Source: Eledone cirrhosa (lineage: Eukaryota). From it: a stretch of 64,000 bases of DNA. Below the pieces are notes generated by a model, which was given only the letters and a program-made list of their open reading frames with translations, was not told where the DNA came from and searched no databases. Position 1 is the stretch's first letter. Each line of letters opens with the position of its first letter. The position numbers were made by a program, and so were the translations under genes. The stretch lies in assembly GCA_964016885.1 (NCBI GenBank), contig CAXHJY010001571.1:124001-188000 (forward strand), read 5' to 3'. This document shows, piece after piece, positions 1 to 14,100 of the stretch.

Positions 1-3000
1 GTGGTAGTGGTAATGTTGTTGGTGGTAGTGGTAATGTTGTTGGTGGTAGTGGTAATGTTGTTGGTGGTAGTGGTAATGTTGTTGGTGGTAGTGGTAATTA
101 TGTTGGTGGTAGTGGTAATGTTGTTGGTGGTAGTGGTAATGTTGTTGGTGGTAGTGGTAATGTTGTTGGTGGTAGTGGTAATTATGTTGGTGGTAGTGGT
201 AATGTTGTTGGTGGTAGTGGTAATGTTGTTGGTGGTAGTGGTAATGTTGTTTGTGGTATTGGTAATGTTGTCGGTGGTATTGGCAATGTTGTTGGTGGTA
301 GTGGTAATGTTGTTTGTGGTAGTGGTATTGTTCTTGGTGGTAGTGGTAATATGTTGGTGGTAGTGGCAATGTTGTTGGTGGTAGTGGTATTGTTCTTGGT
401 GGTAGTGGTAATGATGTTGGTGGTAGTGGTAATGTTGTTGGTGGTAGTGGTAATGTTGTAGGTGGAAGTGGTAATGTTGTTGGTGGTAGTGGTAATGTTG
501 TTGGTGGTAGTGGTAATGTTGTTGGTGGTAGTGGTAATGTTGTTGGTAGTAGTGGTAATGTTGTTGGTGGTAGTGGTAATGTTGTTGGTGGTAGTGGTAA
601 TGTTGTAGGTGGTAGTGGTAATGTTGTTGGTGGTAGTGGTAATGTTGTTGGTGGTAGTGGTAATGTTGTTGGTGGTATTGGTAATGTTGTTGGTGGTAGT
701 GGTAATGTTGTTGGTGGTAGTGGTAATGTTGTTGGTAGTAGTGGTAATGTTGTTGGTGGTAGTGGTAATGTTGTTGGTGGTAGTGGTAATGTTGTTGGTG
801 GGAGTAGTAATGTTGTTGGTGGTAGTGGTAATGTTGTTGGTGGTATTGGTAATGTTGTTGGTGGTAGTGGTAATGTTGTTGGTGGTAGTGGTAATGTTGT
901 TGGTGGTATTGGTAATGTTGTTGGTGGTAGTGGTAATGGTGTTGGTGGTAGTGGTAATGTTGTTGGTGGTATTGGTAATGTTGTTGTTGGTAGTGGTAAT
1001 GTTGTTGGTGGTAGTGGTATTGTTCTTGGTGGTAGTGGTAATGTTGTTGGTGGTAGTGGTAATGTTGTTGGTGGTAGTGGTAATGTTGTTGGTGGTAGTG
1101 GTATTGATGCAGGTGGTAGTGGTAATGTTGTTGGTAGTAGTGGTAATGTTGTTGGTGGTAGTGGTAATGTTGTTGGTGGTAGTGGCAATGTTGTTGGTGG
1201 TAGTGGTAATGTTGTTGGTGGTAATGGTAATGTTGTTGGTGGTAGTGGTAATGTTGTTGGTGGTAGTGGCAATGTTGTTGGTGGTAGTGGTAATGTTGTT
1301 GGTGGTAGTGGTAATGATGTAGGTGGTAGTGGTAATGTTGTTGGTGGTAGTGGTAATGTTGTTGGTGGTAGTGGTAATGTTGTTGGTGGTAGTGGTAATG
1401 ATGTAGGTGGTAGTGGTAATGTTGTTGGTGGTAGTGGTAATGATGTAGGTGGTAGTGGTAATGTTGTTGGTGGTAGTGGTAATGATGTAGGTGGTAGTGG
1501 TAATGTTGTTGGTGGTAGTGGTAATGTTGTTGGTGGTAGTGGCAATGTTGTTGGTGGTAGTGGTAATGTTGTTGGTAGTAGTGGTAATGTTGTTTGTGGT
1601 AGTGGTAATGATGTAGGTGGTAGTGGTAATGTTGTTGGTGGTAGTGGTAATGTTGTTGGTGGTAGTGGTAATGTTGTTGGTGGTAGTGGTAATGTTGTTG
1701 GTGGTAGTGGTAATGTTGTTGGTGGTAGTGGTAATGTTGTTGGTGGTAGTGGTAATGTTGTTGGTGGTAGTGGTAATGTTGTTGGTGGTAGTGGTAATGT
1801 TGTTGGTGGTAGTGGTAATGTTGTTGGTGGTAGTGGTATTGATGTAGGTGGTAGTGGTAATGTTGTTGGTGGTAGTGGTATTGTTGTTGGTGGTAGTGGT
1901 AATGTTGTTGGTGGTAGTGGTAATGTTGTTGGTAGTAGTGGTAATGTTGTAGGTGGAAGTGGTAATGTTGTAGGTGGTAGTGGTAATGTTGTTGGTGGTA
2001 GTGGTAATATTGTTGGTGGTAGTGGTAATGTTGTTGGTGGTAGTGGTAATGTTGTTGGTGGTAGTGGTAATGTTGTTGGCGGTAGTGGTAATGTTGTTGG
2101 TGGTAGTGGTAATGTTGTTGGTGGTAGTGGTAATGTTGTTGGTGGTAGTGGTAATGTTGTTGGTGGTAGTGGTAATGTTGTTGGTGGTAGTGGTAATGTT
2201 GTTGGTGGTAGTGGTAATGTTGTTGGTGGTAGTGGTAATGTTGTTGGTGGTAGTGGTAATGTTGTTGGTGGTATTGGTAATGTTGTTGGTGGTAGTGGTA
2301 GTGATGTAGGTGGTAGTGGTAATGTTGTTGGTGGTAGTGGTAATGTTGTTGGTGGTAGTGGTAATGTTGTTGGTGGTAGTGGTAATGTTGTTGGTGGTAG
2401 TGGTAATGTTGTTGGTGGTAGTGGTAATGTTGTTGGTGGTAGTGGTAATGTTGTTGGTGGTAGTGGTAATGTTGTTGGTGGTAGTGGTAATGTTGTTGGT
2501 GGTAGTGGTAATGTTGTTGGTGGTAGTGGTAATGTTGTTGGTGGTAGTGGTAATGTTGTTGGTGGTAGTGGTAATGTTGTTGGAGGTAGTGGTAATGTTG
2601 TTGGTGGTAGTGGTAATGTTGTAGGTGGTAGTGGTAATGTTGTTGGTGGTAGTGGTAATGTTGTTGGTGGTAGTGGTAATGTTGTAGGTGGTAGTGGTAA
2701 TGTTGTTGGTGGTAGTGGGAATGTTGTTGGTGGTAGTGGTAATGTTGTTGGTGGGAGTGGTAATGTTGTTGGTGGTAGTGGTAATGTTGTTGGTGGTAGT
2801 GGTAATGTTGTTGGTAGTAGTGGTAATGTTGTTGGTGGTAGTGGTAATGTTGTTGGTGGTAGTGGTATTGTTGTTGGTGGTAGTAGTAATGTTGTTGGTG
2901 GTAGTGGTAATGTTGTTGGTGGTAGTGGTAATGTTGTTGGTGGTAGTGGTAATGTTGTTGGTGGTAGTGGTAATGTTGTTGGTTGTAGTGGTATAGATGT

Positions 3001-4850
3001 TGGTGGTAGTGGTAATGTTGTTGGTGTTAGTGGTAATGTTGTTGGTGGTAGTGGTAATGTTGTTGGTGGTAGTGGTAATGTTGTTGGTGGTAGTGGTAAT
3101 GTTGTAGGTGGTAGTGGTAATGTTGTTGGTGGTAGTGGTAATGTTGTTGGTGGTAGTGGTAATGTTGTAGGTGGTAGTGGTAATGTTGTTGGTGGTAGTG
3201 GTAATGATGTTGGTGGTAGTGGTAATGTTGTTGGTGGTAGTGGTAATGTTGTTGGTGGTATTGGTAATGTTGTTGGTGGTAGTGGTAATGTTGTTGGTGG
3301 TAGTGGTATTGTTGTTGGTGGTAGTGGTAATGTTGTTGGTGGTAGTGGTAATGTTGTTGGTGGTAGTGGTATTGATGTTGGTGGTAGGCGTAATGTTGTT
3401 GGTGGTAGTGGTAATGATGTAGGTAGTAGTGGTAATGTTGTAGGTGGTAGTGGTAATGTTGTTGGTGGTAGTGGCAATGTTGTTGGTGGTAGTGGTATTG
3501 ATGTAGGTGGTAGTGGTAATGTTGTTGGTGGTAGTGGTAATGATGTAGGTAGTAGTGGTAATGTTGTAGGTGGTAGTGGTAATGTTGTTGGTGGTAGTGG
3601 TAATGTTGTTGGTGGTAGTGGTAATGTTGTTGGTGGTAGGGGTAATGTTGTTGGTGGTAGTGGTAATGTTGTTGGTGTTAGTGGTAATGTTGTTGGTGGT
3701 AGTGGTAATGTTGTTGGTGGTAGTGGTAATGTTGTTGGTGGTAGTGGTAATGTTGTTGGTGGTAGTGGTATTGATGTTGGTGGTAGTGGCAATGTTGTTG
3801 GTGGTAGTGGTAATGTTGTTGGTGGTAATGGTAATGTTGTTGGTGGTAGTGGTAATGTTGTAGGTGGTAGTGGTAATGTTGTTGGTGGTAGTGGTATTGA
3901 TGTTGGTGGTAGTGGTAATGTTGTAGGTTGTAGTGGTAATGTTGTTGGTGGTAGTGGTAATGTTGTTGGTGGTAGTGGTAATGTTATTGGTGGTAGTGGT
4001 AATGTTGTTGGTGGTAGTGGTATTGTTCTTGGTGGTAGTGGTAATGTTGTTGGTGGTATTGGCAATGTTATTGGTGGTAGTGGTAATGTTGTTGGTGGTA
4101 GTGGTAATGTTGTTGGTGGTATTGGTAATGTTGTTGGTGGTAGGGGTAATGTTGTTGGTGGTAGTGGTAATGTTGTTGGTGGTAGTGGTAATGTTGTTGG
4201 TGGTAGTGGTAATGTTGTTGGTGGTAGTGGCAATGTTGTTGGTGGTAGTGGTAATGTTATTGGTGGTAGTGGCAATGTTGTTGGTGGTAGTGGTAATGTT
4301 ATTGGTGGTAGTGGTAATGTTGTTGGTGGTAGTGGTAATGTTGTTGGTGGTAGTGGTAATGTTGTTGGTGGTAGTGGTAATGTTGTTGGTGGTAGTGGCA
4401 ATGTTGTTGGTGGTAGTGGTAATGTTATTGGTGGTAGTGGTAATGTTGTTGGTGGTAGTGGCAATGTTATTGGTGGTAGTGGTAATGTTGTTGGTGGTAG
4501 TGGTAATGTTGTTGGTGGTAGTGGTAATGTTGTTGGTGGTAGTGGTATTGATGTAGGTGGTAGTGGTAATGTTGTTGGTGGTAGTGGTATTGATGCAGGT
4601 GGTAGTGGTAATGTTGTTGGTGGTAGTGGTAATGTTGTTGGTGGTAGTGGTAATGTTGTTGGTGGTAGTGGTATTGATGTAGGTGGTAGTGGTAATGTTG
4701 TTGGTGGTAGTGGTAATGATGTAGGTGGTAGTGGTAATGTTGTTGGTGGTAGTGGTAATGTTGTTGGTGGTAGTGGTAATGTTGTTGGTGGTAGTGGTAA
4801 TGTTGTTGGTGGTAGTGGTAATGTTGTTGGTGGTAGTGGTATTGATGTAG

Positions 4851-7800
4851 GTGGTAGTGGTAATGTTGTTGGTGGTATTGGTATTGATGTTGGTGGTAGT
4901 GGCAATGTTGTTGGTGGTAGTGGTATTGATGTTGGTGGTAGTGGTAATGTTGTTGGTGGTAGTGGTAATGTTGTTGGTGGTAGTGGTATTGATGTTGGTG
5001 GTAGTGGTAATGTTGTTGGTGGTAGTGGTATTGATGTTGGTGGTAGTGGTAATGTTGTTGGTGGTAGTGGTAATGTTGTTGGTGGTAGTGGTAATGTTGT
5101 TGGTGGTAGTGGTATTGATGTTGGTGGTAGTGGTAATGTTGTTGGTGGTAGTGGTAATGTTGTTGGTGGTAGTGGTATTGATGTTGGTGGTAGTGGTAAT
5201 GTTGTTGGTGGTAGTGGTAATGTTGTTGGTGGTAGTGGTAATGTTGTTGGTGGTAGTGGTAATGTTGTTGGTGGTAGTGGTAATGTTGTTGGTGGTAGTG
5301 GCAATGTTGTTGGTGGTAGTGGTAATGTTATTGGTGGTAGTGGTAATGTTGTTGGTAGTAGTGGTAATGTTGTTGGTGGTAGTGGTAATGTTGTTGGTGT
5401 TAGTGGTAATGTTGATGGTGGTAGTGGTAATGATCTTGGCTGTAGTGGTAATGTTGTAGGTGGTAGTGGTAATGTTGTTGGTGGTAGTGGCAATGTTGTT
5501 GGAGGTAGTGCTAATGTTGTTGGTGGTAGTGGTAATGGTGTAGGTGGTAGTGGTAATGTTGTTGGTGGTAGTGGTAATGTTGTTGGTGGTAGTGGTAATG
5601 TTGTTGGTGGTAGTGGTAATGTTGATGGTGGTAGTGGTAATGTTGTTGGTGGTAGTGGTATTGATGTTTGTGGTAGTGGCAATGTTGTTGGTGGTAGTGG
5701 TAATGTTGTTGGTGGTAATGGTAATGTTGTTGGTGGTAATGGTAATGTTGTAGGTGGTAGTGGTAATGTTGTTGGTGGTAGTGGTATTGATGTTGGTGGT
5801 AGTGGTAATGTTGTAGGTGGTAGTGGTAATGTTGTTGGTGGTAGTGGTAATGTTGTTGGTGGTAGTGGTAATGTTATTGGTGGTAGTGGTAATGTTGTTG
5901 GTGGTAGTGGTATTGTTCTTGGTGGTAGTGGTAATGTTGTTGGTGGTATTGGCAATGTTATTGGTGGTAGTGGTAATGTTGTTGGTGGTAGTGGTAATGT
6001 TGTTGGTGGTATTGGTAATGTTGTTGGTGGTAGGGGTAATGTTGTTGGTGGTAGTGGTAATGTTGTTGGTGGTAGTGGTAATGTTGTTGGTGGTAGTGGT
6101 AATGTTGTTGGTGGTAGTGGCAATGTTGTTGGTGGTAGTGGTAATGTTATTGGTGGTAGTGGTAATGTTGTTGGTGGTAGTGGTAATGTTGTTGGTGGTA
6201 GTGGTAATGTTGTTGGTGGTAGTGGCAATGTTGTTGGTGGTAGTGGTAATGTTGTTGGTGGTAGTGGTAATGTTGTTGGTGGTAGTGGTAATGTTGTTGG
6301 TGGTAGTGGTAATGTTGTTGGTGGTAGTGGTAATGTTGTTGGTGGTAGTGGTAATGTTGTTGGTGGTAGTGGCAATGTTGTTGGTGGTAGTGGTAATGTT
6401 GTTGGTGGTAGTGGTAATGTTGTTGGTGGTAGTGGTAATGTTGTTGGTGGTAGTGGTAATGTTGTTGGTGGTAGTGGTAATGTTGTTGGTGGTAGTGGTA
6501 ATGTTGTTGGTGGTAGTGGTATTGTTCTTGGTGGTAGTGGTATTGTTGTAGGTGGTAGTGGCAATGTTGTTGGTGGTAGTGGTATTGATGTTGGTGGTAG
6601 TGGCAATGTTGTTGGTGGTAGTGGTAATGTTGTAGGTGGTAGTGGTAATGTTGTTGGTGATAGTGGCAATGTTGTTGGTGGTAGTGGTAATGTTGTTGGT
6701 GGTAGTGGTAATGTTGTTGGTGGTAGTGGCAATGTTGTTGGTGGTAGTGGTAATGTTATTGGTGGTAGTGGTAATGTTGTTGGTGGTAGTGGTAATGTTG
6801 TTGGTGGTAGTGGTAATGTTGTTGGTGGTAGTGGTAATGTTGTTGGTGGTAGTGGTAATGTTGTTGGTGGTAGTGGCAATGTTGTTGGTGGTAGTGGTAA
6901 TGTTATTGGTGGTAGTGGTAATGTTGTTGGTGGTAGTGGCAATGTTATTGGTGGTAGTGGTAATGTTGTTGGTGGTAGTGGTAATGATGTAGGTGGTAGT
7001 GGTAATGTTGTTGGTGGTAGTGGTAATGTTGTTGGTGGTAGTGGTAATGTTGTTGGTGGTAGTGGTAATGTTGTTGGTGGTAGTGGTATTGATGTTGGTG
7101 GTAGTGGTAATGTTGTTGGTGGTAGTGGTAATGTTATTGGTGGTAGTGGTAATGTTGTTGGTGGTAGTGGTAATGTTGTTGGTGGTAGTGGTAATGTTAT
7201 TGGTGGTAGTGGTAATGTTGTTGGTAGTAGTGGTAATGTTGTTGGTGGTAGTGGTAATGTTGTTGGTGGTAGTGGTAATGTTGATGGTGGTAGTGGTAAT
7301 GATCTTGGCTGTAGTGGTAATGTTGTAGGTGGTAGTGGTAATGTTGTTGGTGGTAGTGGTAATGTTGTTGGAGGTAGTGGTAATGTTGTTGGTGGTAGTG
7401 GTAATGTTGTAGGTGGTAGTGGTAATGTTGTTGGTGGTAGTGGTAATGTTGTTGGTGGTAGTGGTAATGTTGTTGGTGGTAGTGGTAATGTTGATGGTGG
7501 TAGTGGTAATGTTGTTGGTGGTAGTGGTAATGTTGTTGGTGGTAGTGGTAATGTTGTTGGTGGTAGTGGCAATGTTGTTGGTGATAGTGGTAATGTTGTT
7601 GGTGGTAGTGGTAATGTTATTGGTGGTAGTGGTAATGTTGTTGGTGGTAGTGGCAATGTTATTGGTGGTAGTGGTAATGTTGTTGGTGGTAGTGGTAATG
7701 TTGTTGGTGGTAGTGGTAATGTTGTTGGTGGTAGTGGTAATGTTGTTGGTGGTAGTGGTAATGTTGTTGGTGGTAGTGGTAATGTTGTTGGTGGTAGTGG

Positions 7801-9890
7801 TATTGATGTAGGTGGTAGTGGTAATGTTGTTGGTGGTATTGGTATTGATGTTGGTGGTAGTGGCAATGTTGTTGGTGGTAGTGGTATTGATGTTGGTGGT
7901 AGTGGTAATGTTGTTGGTGGTAGTGGTAATGTTGTTGGTGGTAGTGGTATTGATGTTGGTGGTAGTGGTAATGTTGTTGGTGGTAGTGGTATTGATGTTG
8001 GTGGTAGTGGTAATGTTGTTGGTGGTAGTGGTAATGTTGTTGGTGGTAGTGGTAATGTTGTTGGTGGTAGTGGTATTGATGTTGGTGGTAGTGGTAATGT
8101 TGTTGGTGGTAGTGGTAATGTTGTTGGTGGTAGTGGTATTGATGTTGGTGGTAGTGGTAATGTTGTTGGTGGTAGTGGTAATGTTGTTGGTGGTAGTGGT
8201 AATGTTGTTGGTGGTAGTGGTAATGTTGTTGGTGGTAGTGGTAATGTTGTTGGTGGTAGTGGCAATGTTGTTGGTGGTAGTGGTAATGTTATTGGTGGTA
8301 GTGGTAATGTTGTTGGTAGTAGTGGTAATGTTGTTGGTGGTAGTGGTAATGTTGTTGGTGTTAGTGGTAATGTTGATGGTGGTAGTGGTAATGATCTTGG
8401 CTGTAGTGGTAATGTTGTAGGTGGTAGTGGTAATGTTGTTGGTGGTAGTGGCAATGTTGTTGGAGGTAGTGCTAATGTTGTTGGTGGTAGTGGTAATGGT
8501 GTAGGTGGTAGTGGTAATGTTGTTGGTGGTAGTGGTAATGTTGTTGGTGGTAGTGGTAATGTTGTTGGTGGTAGTGGTAATGTTGATGGTGGTAGTGGTA
8601 ATGTTGTTGGTGGTAGTGGTATTGATGTTGGTGGTAGTGGCAATGTTGTTGGTGGTAGTGGTAATGTTGTTGGTGGTAATGGTAATGTTGTTGGTGGTAG
8701 TGGTAATGTTGTAGGTGGTAGTGGTAATGTTGTTGGTGGTAGTGGTATTGATGTTGGTGGTAGTGGTAATGTTGTAGGTGGTAGTGGTAATGTTGTTGGT
8801 GGTAGTGGTAATGTTGTTGGTGGTAGTGGTAATGTTATTGGTGGTAGTGGTAATGTTGTTGGTGGTAGTGGTATTGTTCTTGGTGGTAGTGGTAATGTTG
8901 TTGGTGGTATTGGCAATGTTATTGGTGGTAGTGGTAATGTTGTTGGTGGTAGTGGTAATGTTGTTGGTGGTATTGGTAATGTTGTTGGTGGTAGGGGTAA
9001 TGTTGTTGGTGGTAGTGGTAATGTTGTTGGTGGTAGTGGTAATGTTGTTGGTGGTAGTGGTAATGTTGTTGGTGGTAGTGGCAATGTTGTTGGTGGTAGT
9101 GGTAATGTTATTGGTGGTAGTGGTAATGTTGTTGGTGGTAGTGGTAATGTTGTTGGTGGTAGTGGTAATGTTGTTGGTGGTAGTGGCAATGTTGTTGGTG
9201 GTAGTGGTAATGTTGTTGGTGGTAGTGGTAATGTTGTTGGTGGTAGTGGTAATGTTGTTGGTGGTAGTGGTAATGTAGTTGGTGGTAGTGGTAATGTTGT
9301 TGGTGGTAGTGGTAATGTTGTTGGTGGTAGTGGCAATGTTGTTGGTGGTAGTGGTAATGTTGTTGGTGGTAGTGGTAATGTTGTTGGTGGTAGTGGTAAT
9401 GTTGTTGGTGGTAGTGGTAATGTTGTTGGTGGTAGTGGTAATGTTGTTGGTGGTAGTGGTAATGTTGTTGGTGGTAGTGGTATTGTTCTTGGTGGTAGTG
9501 GTATTGTTGTAGGTGGTAGTGGCAATGTTGTTGGTGGTAGTGGTATTGATGTTGGTGGTAGTGGCAATGTTGTTGGTGGTAGTGGTAATGTTGTAGGTGG
9601 TAGTGGTAATGTTGTTGGTGATAGTGGCAATGTTGTTGGTGGTAGTGGTAATGTTGTTGGTGGTAGTGGCAATGTTGTTGGTGGTAGTGGTAATGTTATT
9701 GGTGGTAGTGGTAATGTTGTTGGTGGTAGTGGTAATGTTGTTGGTGGTAGTGGTAATGTTGTTGGTGGTAGTGGTAATGTTGTTGGTGGTAGTGGTAATG
9801 TTGTTGGTGGTAGTGGTAATGTTGTTGGTGGTAGTGGCAATGTTATTGGTGGTAGTGGTAATGTTGTTGGTGGTAGTGGTAATGATGTAG
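4851..9890. repeat. Duplication with 2,961-bp period (141 units)
   Basis: ORF-track pairs are offset by exactly 2,961: 4851/7812, 5544/8505, 5817/8778, 6636/9597. Confidence 0.85.
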
Positions 9891-11171
9891 GTGGTAGTGG
9901 TAATGTTGTTGGTGGTAGTGGTAATGTTGTTGGTGGTAGTGGTAATGTTGTTGGTGGTAGTGGTAATGTTGTTGGTGGTAGTGGTAATGTTATTGGTGGT
10001 AGTGGTAATGTTGTTGGTGGTAGTGGCAATGTTATTGGTGGTAGTGGTAATGTTGTTGGTGGTAGTGGTAATGATGTAGGTGGTAGTGGTAATGTTGTTG
10101 GTGGTAGTGGTAATGTTGTTGGTGGTAGTGGTAATGTTGTTGGTGGTAGTGGTAATGTTGTTGGTGGTAGTGGTAATGTTGTTGGTGGTAGTGGTATTGA
10201 TGTAGGTGGTAGTGGTAATGTTGTTGGTGGTAGTGGTAATGATGTAGGTGGTATTGGTAATGTTGTTGGTGGTAGTGGTATTGATGTTGGTGGTAGTGGT
10301 AATGTTGTTGGTGGTAGTGGTAATGTTGTTGGTGGTAGTGGTAATGTTGTTGGTGGTAGTGGTAATGTTGTTGGTGGTAGTGGTAATGTTGTTGGTGGTA
10401 GTGGCAATGTTGTTGGTGGTAGTGGTAATGTTATTGGTGGTAGTGGTAATGTTGTTGGTAGTAGTGGTAATGTTGTTGGTGGTAGTGGTAATGTTGTTGG
10501 TGTTAGTGGTAATGTTGATGGTGGTAGTGGTAATGTTGTTGGTGGTAGTGGTAATGTTATTGGTGGTAGTGGTAATGTTGTTGGTGGTAGTGGCAATGTT
10601 ATTGGTGGTAGTGGTAATGTTATTGGTGGTAGTGGTAATGTTGTTGGTGGTAGTGGTAATGTTGTTGGTGGTAGTGGTAATGTTGTTGGTGGTAGTGGTA
10701 ATGTTGTTGGTGGTAGTGGTAATGTTGTTGGTGGTAGTGGTAATGTTGTTGGTGGTAGTGGCAATGTTATTGGTGGTAGTGGTAATGTTGTTGGTGGTAG
10801 TGGTAATGATGTAGGTGGTAGTGGTAATGTTGTTGGTGGTAGTGGTAATGTTGTTGGTGGTAGTGGTAATGTTGTTGGTGGTAGTGGTAATGTTGTTGGT
10901 GGTAGTGGTAATGTTATTGGTGGTAGTGGTAATGTTGTTGGTGGTAGTGGCAATGTTATTGGTGGTAGTGGTAATGTTGTTGGTGGTAGTGGTAATGATG
11001 TAGGTGGTAGTGGTAATGTTGTTGGTGGTAGTGGTAATGTTGTTGGTGGTAGTGGTAATGTTGTTGGTGGTAGTGGTAATGTTGTTGGTGGTAGTGGTAA
11101 TGTTGTTGGTGGTAGTGGTATTGATGTAGGTGGTAGTGGTAATGTTGTTGGTGGTAGTGGTAATGATGTAG

Positions 11172-14100
11172 GTGGTATTGGTAATGTTGTTGGTGGTATT
11201 GGTAATGTTGTTGGTGGTAGTGGCAATGTTGTTGGTGGTAGTGGTAATGTTGTTGGTGGTAGTGGCAATGTTGTTGGTGGTAGTGGTAATGTTGTTGGTG
11301 GTAGTGGCAATGTTGTTGGTGGTAGTGGTAATGTTGTTGGTGGTAGTGGTAATGTTGTTGGTGGTATTGGTATTGATGTTGGTGGTAGTGGTAATGTTGT
11401 TGGTGGTAGTGGTAATGTTGTTGGTGGTAGTGGTAATGTTGTTGGTGGTAGTGGTAATGTTGTTAGTGGTAGTGGTAATGTTGTTGGTGGTAGTGGTATT
11501 GATGTTGGTGGTAGTGGTAATGTTGTTGGTGGTAGTGGTAATGTTGTTGGTGGTAGTGGTATTGATGTTGGTGGTAGTGGTAATGTTGTTGGTGGTAGTG
11601 GTATTGATGTTGGTGGTAGTGGTAATGTTGTTGGTGGTAGTGGTAATGTTGTTGGTGGTAGTGGTAATGTTGTTGGTGGTATTGGTATTGATGTTGGTGG
11701 TAGTGGCAATGTTGTTGGTGGTAGTGGTATTGATGTTGGTGGTAGTGGTAATGTTGTTGGTGGTAGTGGTAATGTTATTGGTGGTAGTGGTAATGTTGTT
11801 GGTGGTAGTGGTAATGTTGTTGGTGGTAGTGGTAATGTTATTGGTGGTAGTGGTAATGTTGTTGGTAGTAGTGGTAATGTTGTTGGTGGTAGTGGTAATG
11901 TTGTTGGTGGTAGTGGTAATGTTGATGGTGGTAGTGGTAATGATCTTGGCTGTAGTGGTAATGTTGTAGGTGGTAGTGGTAATGTTGTTGGTGGTAGTGG
12001 TAATGTTGTTGGAGGTAGTGGTAATGTTGTTGGTGGTAGTGGTAATGTTGTAGGTGGTAGTGGTAATGTTGTTGGTGGTAGTGGTAATGTTGTTGGTGGT
12101 AGTGGTAATGTTGTTGGTGGTAGTGGTAATGTTGATGGTGGTAGTGGTAATGTTGTTGGTGGTAGTGGTAATGTTGTTGGTGGTAGTGGTAATGTTGTTG
12201 GTGGTAGTGGCAATGTTGTTGGTGATAGTGGTAATGTTGTTGGTGGTAGTGGTAATGTTGTTGGGGATAGTGGTAATGTTGTAGGTGGTAGTGATAATGT
12301 TGTTGGTGGTAGTGGTAATGTTGTAGGTGGTAGTGGTAATGTTGTTGGTGGTAGTGGTAATGTTGTTGGTGGTAGTGGTATTGATGTTGGTGGTAGTGGC
12401 AATGTTGTTGGTGGTAGTGGTAATGTTGTTGGTGGTAGTGGTAATGTTGTTGGTGGTATTGGTAATGTTGTTGGTGGTAGTGGCAATGTTGTTGGTGATA
12501 GTGGTAATGTTGTTGGTGGTAGTGGTAATGTTGTTGGGGATAGTGGTAATGTTGTAGGTGGTAGTGATAATGTTGTTGGTGGTAGTGGTAATGTTGTAGG
12601 TGGTAGTGGTAATGTTGGTGGTAGTGGTAATGTTGTTGGTGGTAGTGGTAATGTTATTGGTGGTAGTGGTAATGTTGTTGGTGGTAGTGGTATTGTTCTT
12701 GGTGGTAGTGGTAATGTTGTTGGTGGTATTGGCAATGTTATTGGTGGTAGTGGTAATGTTGTTGGTGGTAGTGGTAATGTTGTTGGTGGTAGTGGTAATG
12801 TTGTTGGTGGTAGTGGCAATGTTGTTGGTGGTAGTGGTAATGTTGTTGGGGGTAGTGGTAATGTTGTTGGTGGTAGTGGTAATGTTGTTGGTGGTAGTGG
12901 TAATGTTGTTGGTGGTAGTGGTAATGTTGTTGGTGGTAGTGGCAATGTTGTTGGTGGTAGTGGTAATGTAATTGGTGGTAGTGGTAATGTTGTTGGTGGT
13001 AGTGGTAATGTTGTTGGTGGTAGTGGTAATGTTGTTGGTGGTAGTGGCAATGTTGTTGGTGGTAGTGGTAATGTTGTTGGTGGTAGTGGTAATGTTGTTG
13101 GTGGTAGTGGCAATGTTGTCGGTGGTAGTGGTAATGTTGTTGGTGGTAGTGGTAATGTTGTTGGTGGTAGTGGTAATGTTGTTGGTGGTAGTGGCAATGT
13201 TGTTGGTGGTAGTGGTAATGTTGTTGGTGGTAGTGGTAATGTTGTTGGTGGTAGTGGCAATGTTGTTGGTGGTAGTGGTAATGTTATTGGTGGTAGTGGT
13301 AATGTTGTTGGTGGTAGTGGTAATGTTGTTGGTGGTAGTGGTAATGATGTTGGTGGTAGTGGTAATGTTGTTGGTGGTAGTGGTAATGATCTTGGCTGTA
13401 GTGGTAATGTTGTAGGTGGTAGTGGTAATGTTGTTGGTGGTAGTGGTAATGTTGTTGGTGGTAGTGGTAATGTTGTTGGTGGTATTGGCAATGTTGTTGG
13501 TGGTAGTGGTAATGTTGTTGGTGGTAGTGGTAATGTTGTTGGTGGTAGTGGTATTGTTCTTGGTGGTAGTGGTAATGTTGTTGGTGGTAGTGGTATTGTT
13601 CTTGGTGGTAGTGGTATTGATGTAGGTGGTAGTGGCAATGTTGTTGGTGGTAGTGGTATTGATGTTGGTGGTAGTGGCAATGTTGTTGGTGGTAGTGGTA
13701 ATGTTGTAGGTGGTAGTGGTAATGTTGTTGGTGGTAGTGGTAATGTTGTTGGTGGTATTGGTAATGTTGTTGGTGGTATTGGCAATGTTGTTGGTGGTAG
13801 TGGTAATGTTGTTGGTGGTAGTGGTAATGTTGTTGGTGGTAGTGGTAATGTTGTTGGTGGTAGTGGTATTGTTCTTGGTGGTAGTGGTAATGTTGTTGGT
13901 GGTAGTGGTATTGTTCTTGGTGGTAGTGGTATTGATGTAGGTGGTAGTGGCAATGTTGTTGGTGGTAGTGGTATTGATGTTGGTGGTAGTGGCAATGTTG
14001 TTGGTGGTAGTGGTAATGTTGTAGGTGGTAGTGGTAATGTTGTTGGTGGTAGTGGCAATGTTGTTGGTGGTAGTGGTAATGTTGTTGGTGGTAGTGGTAA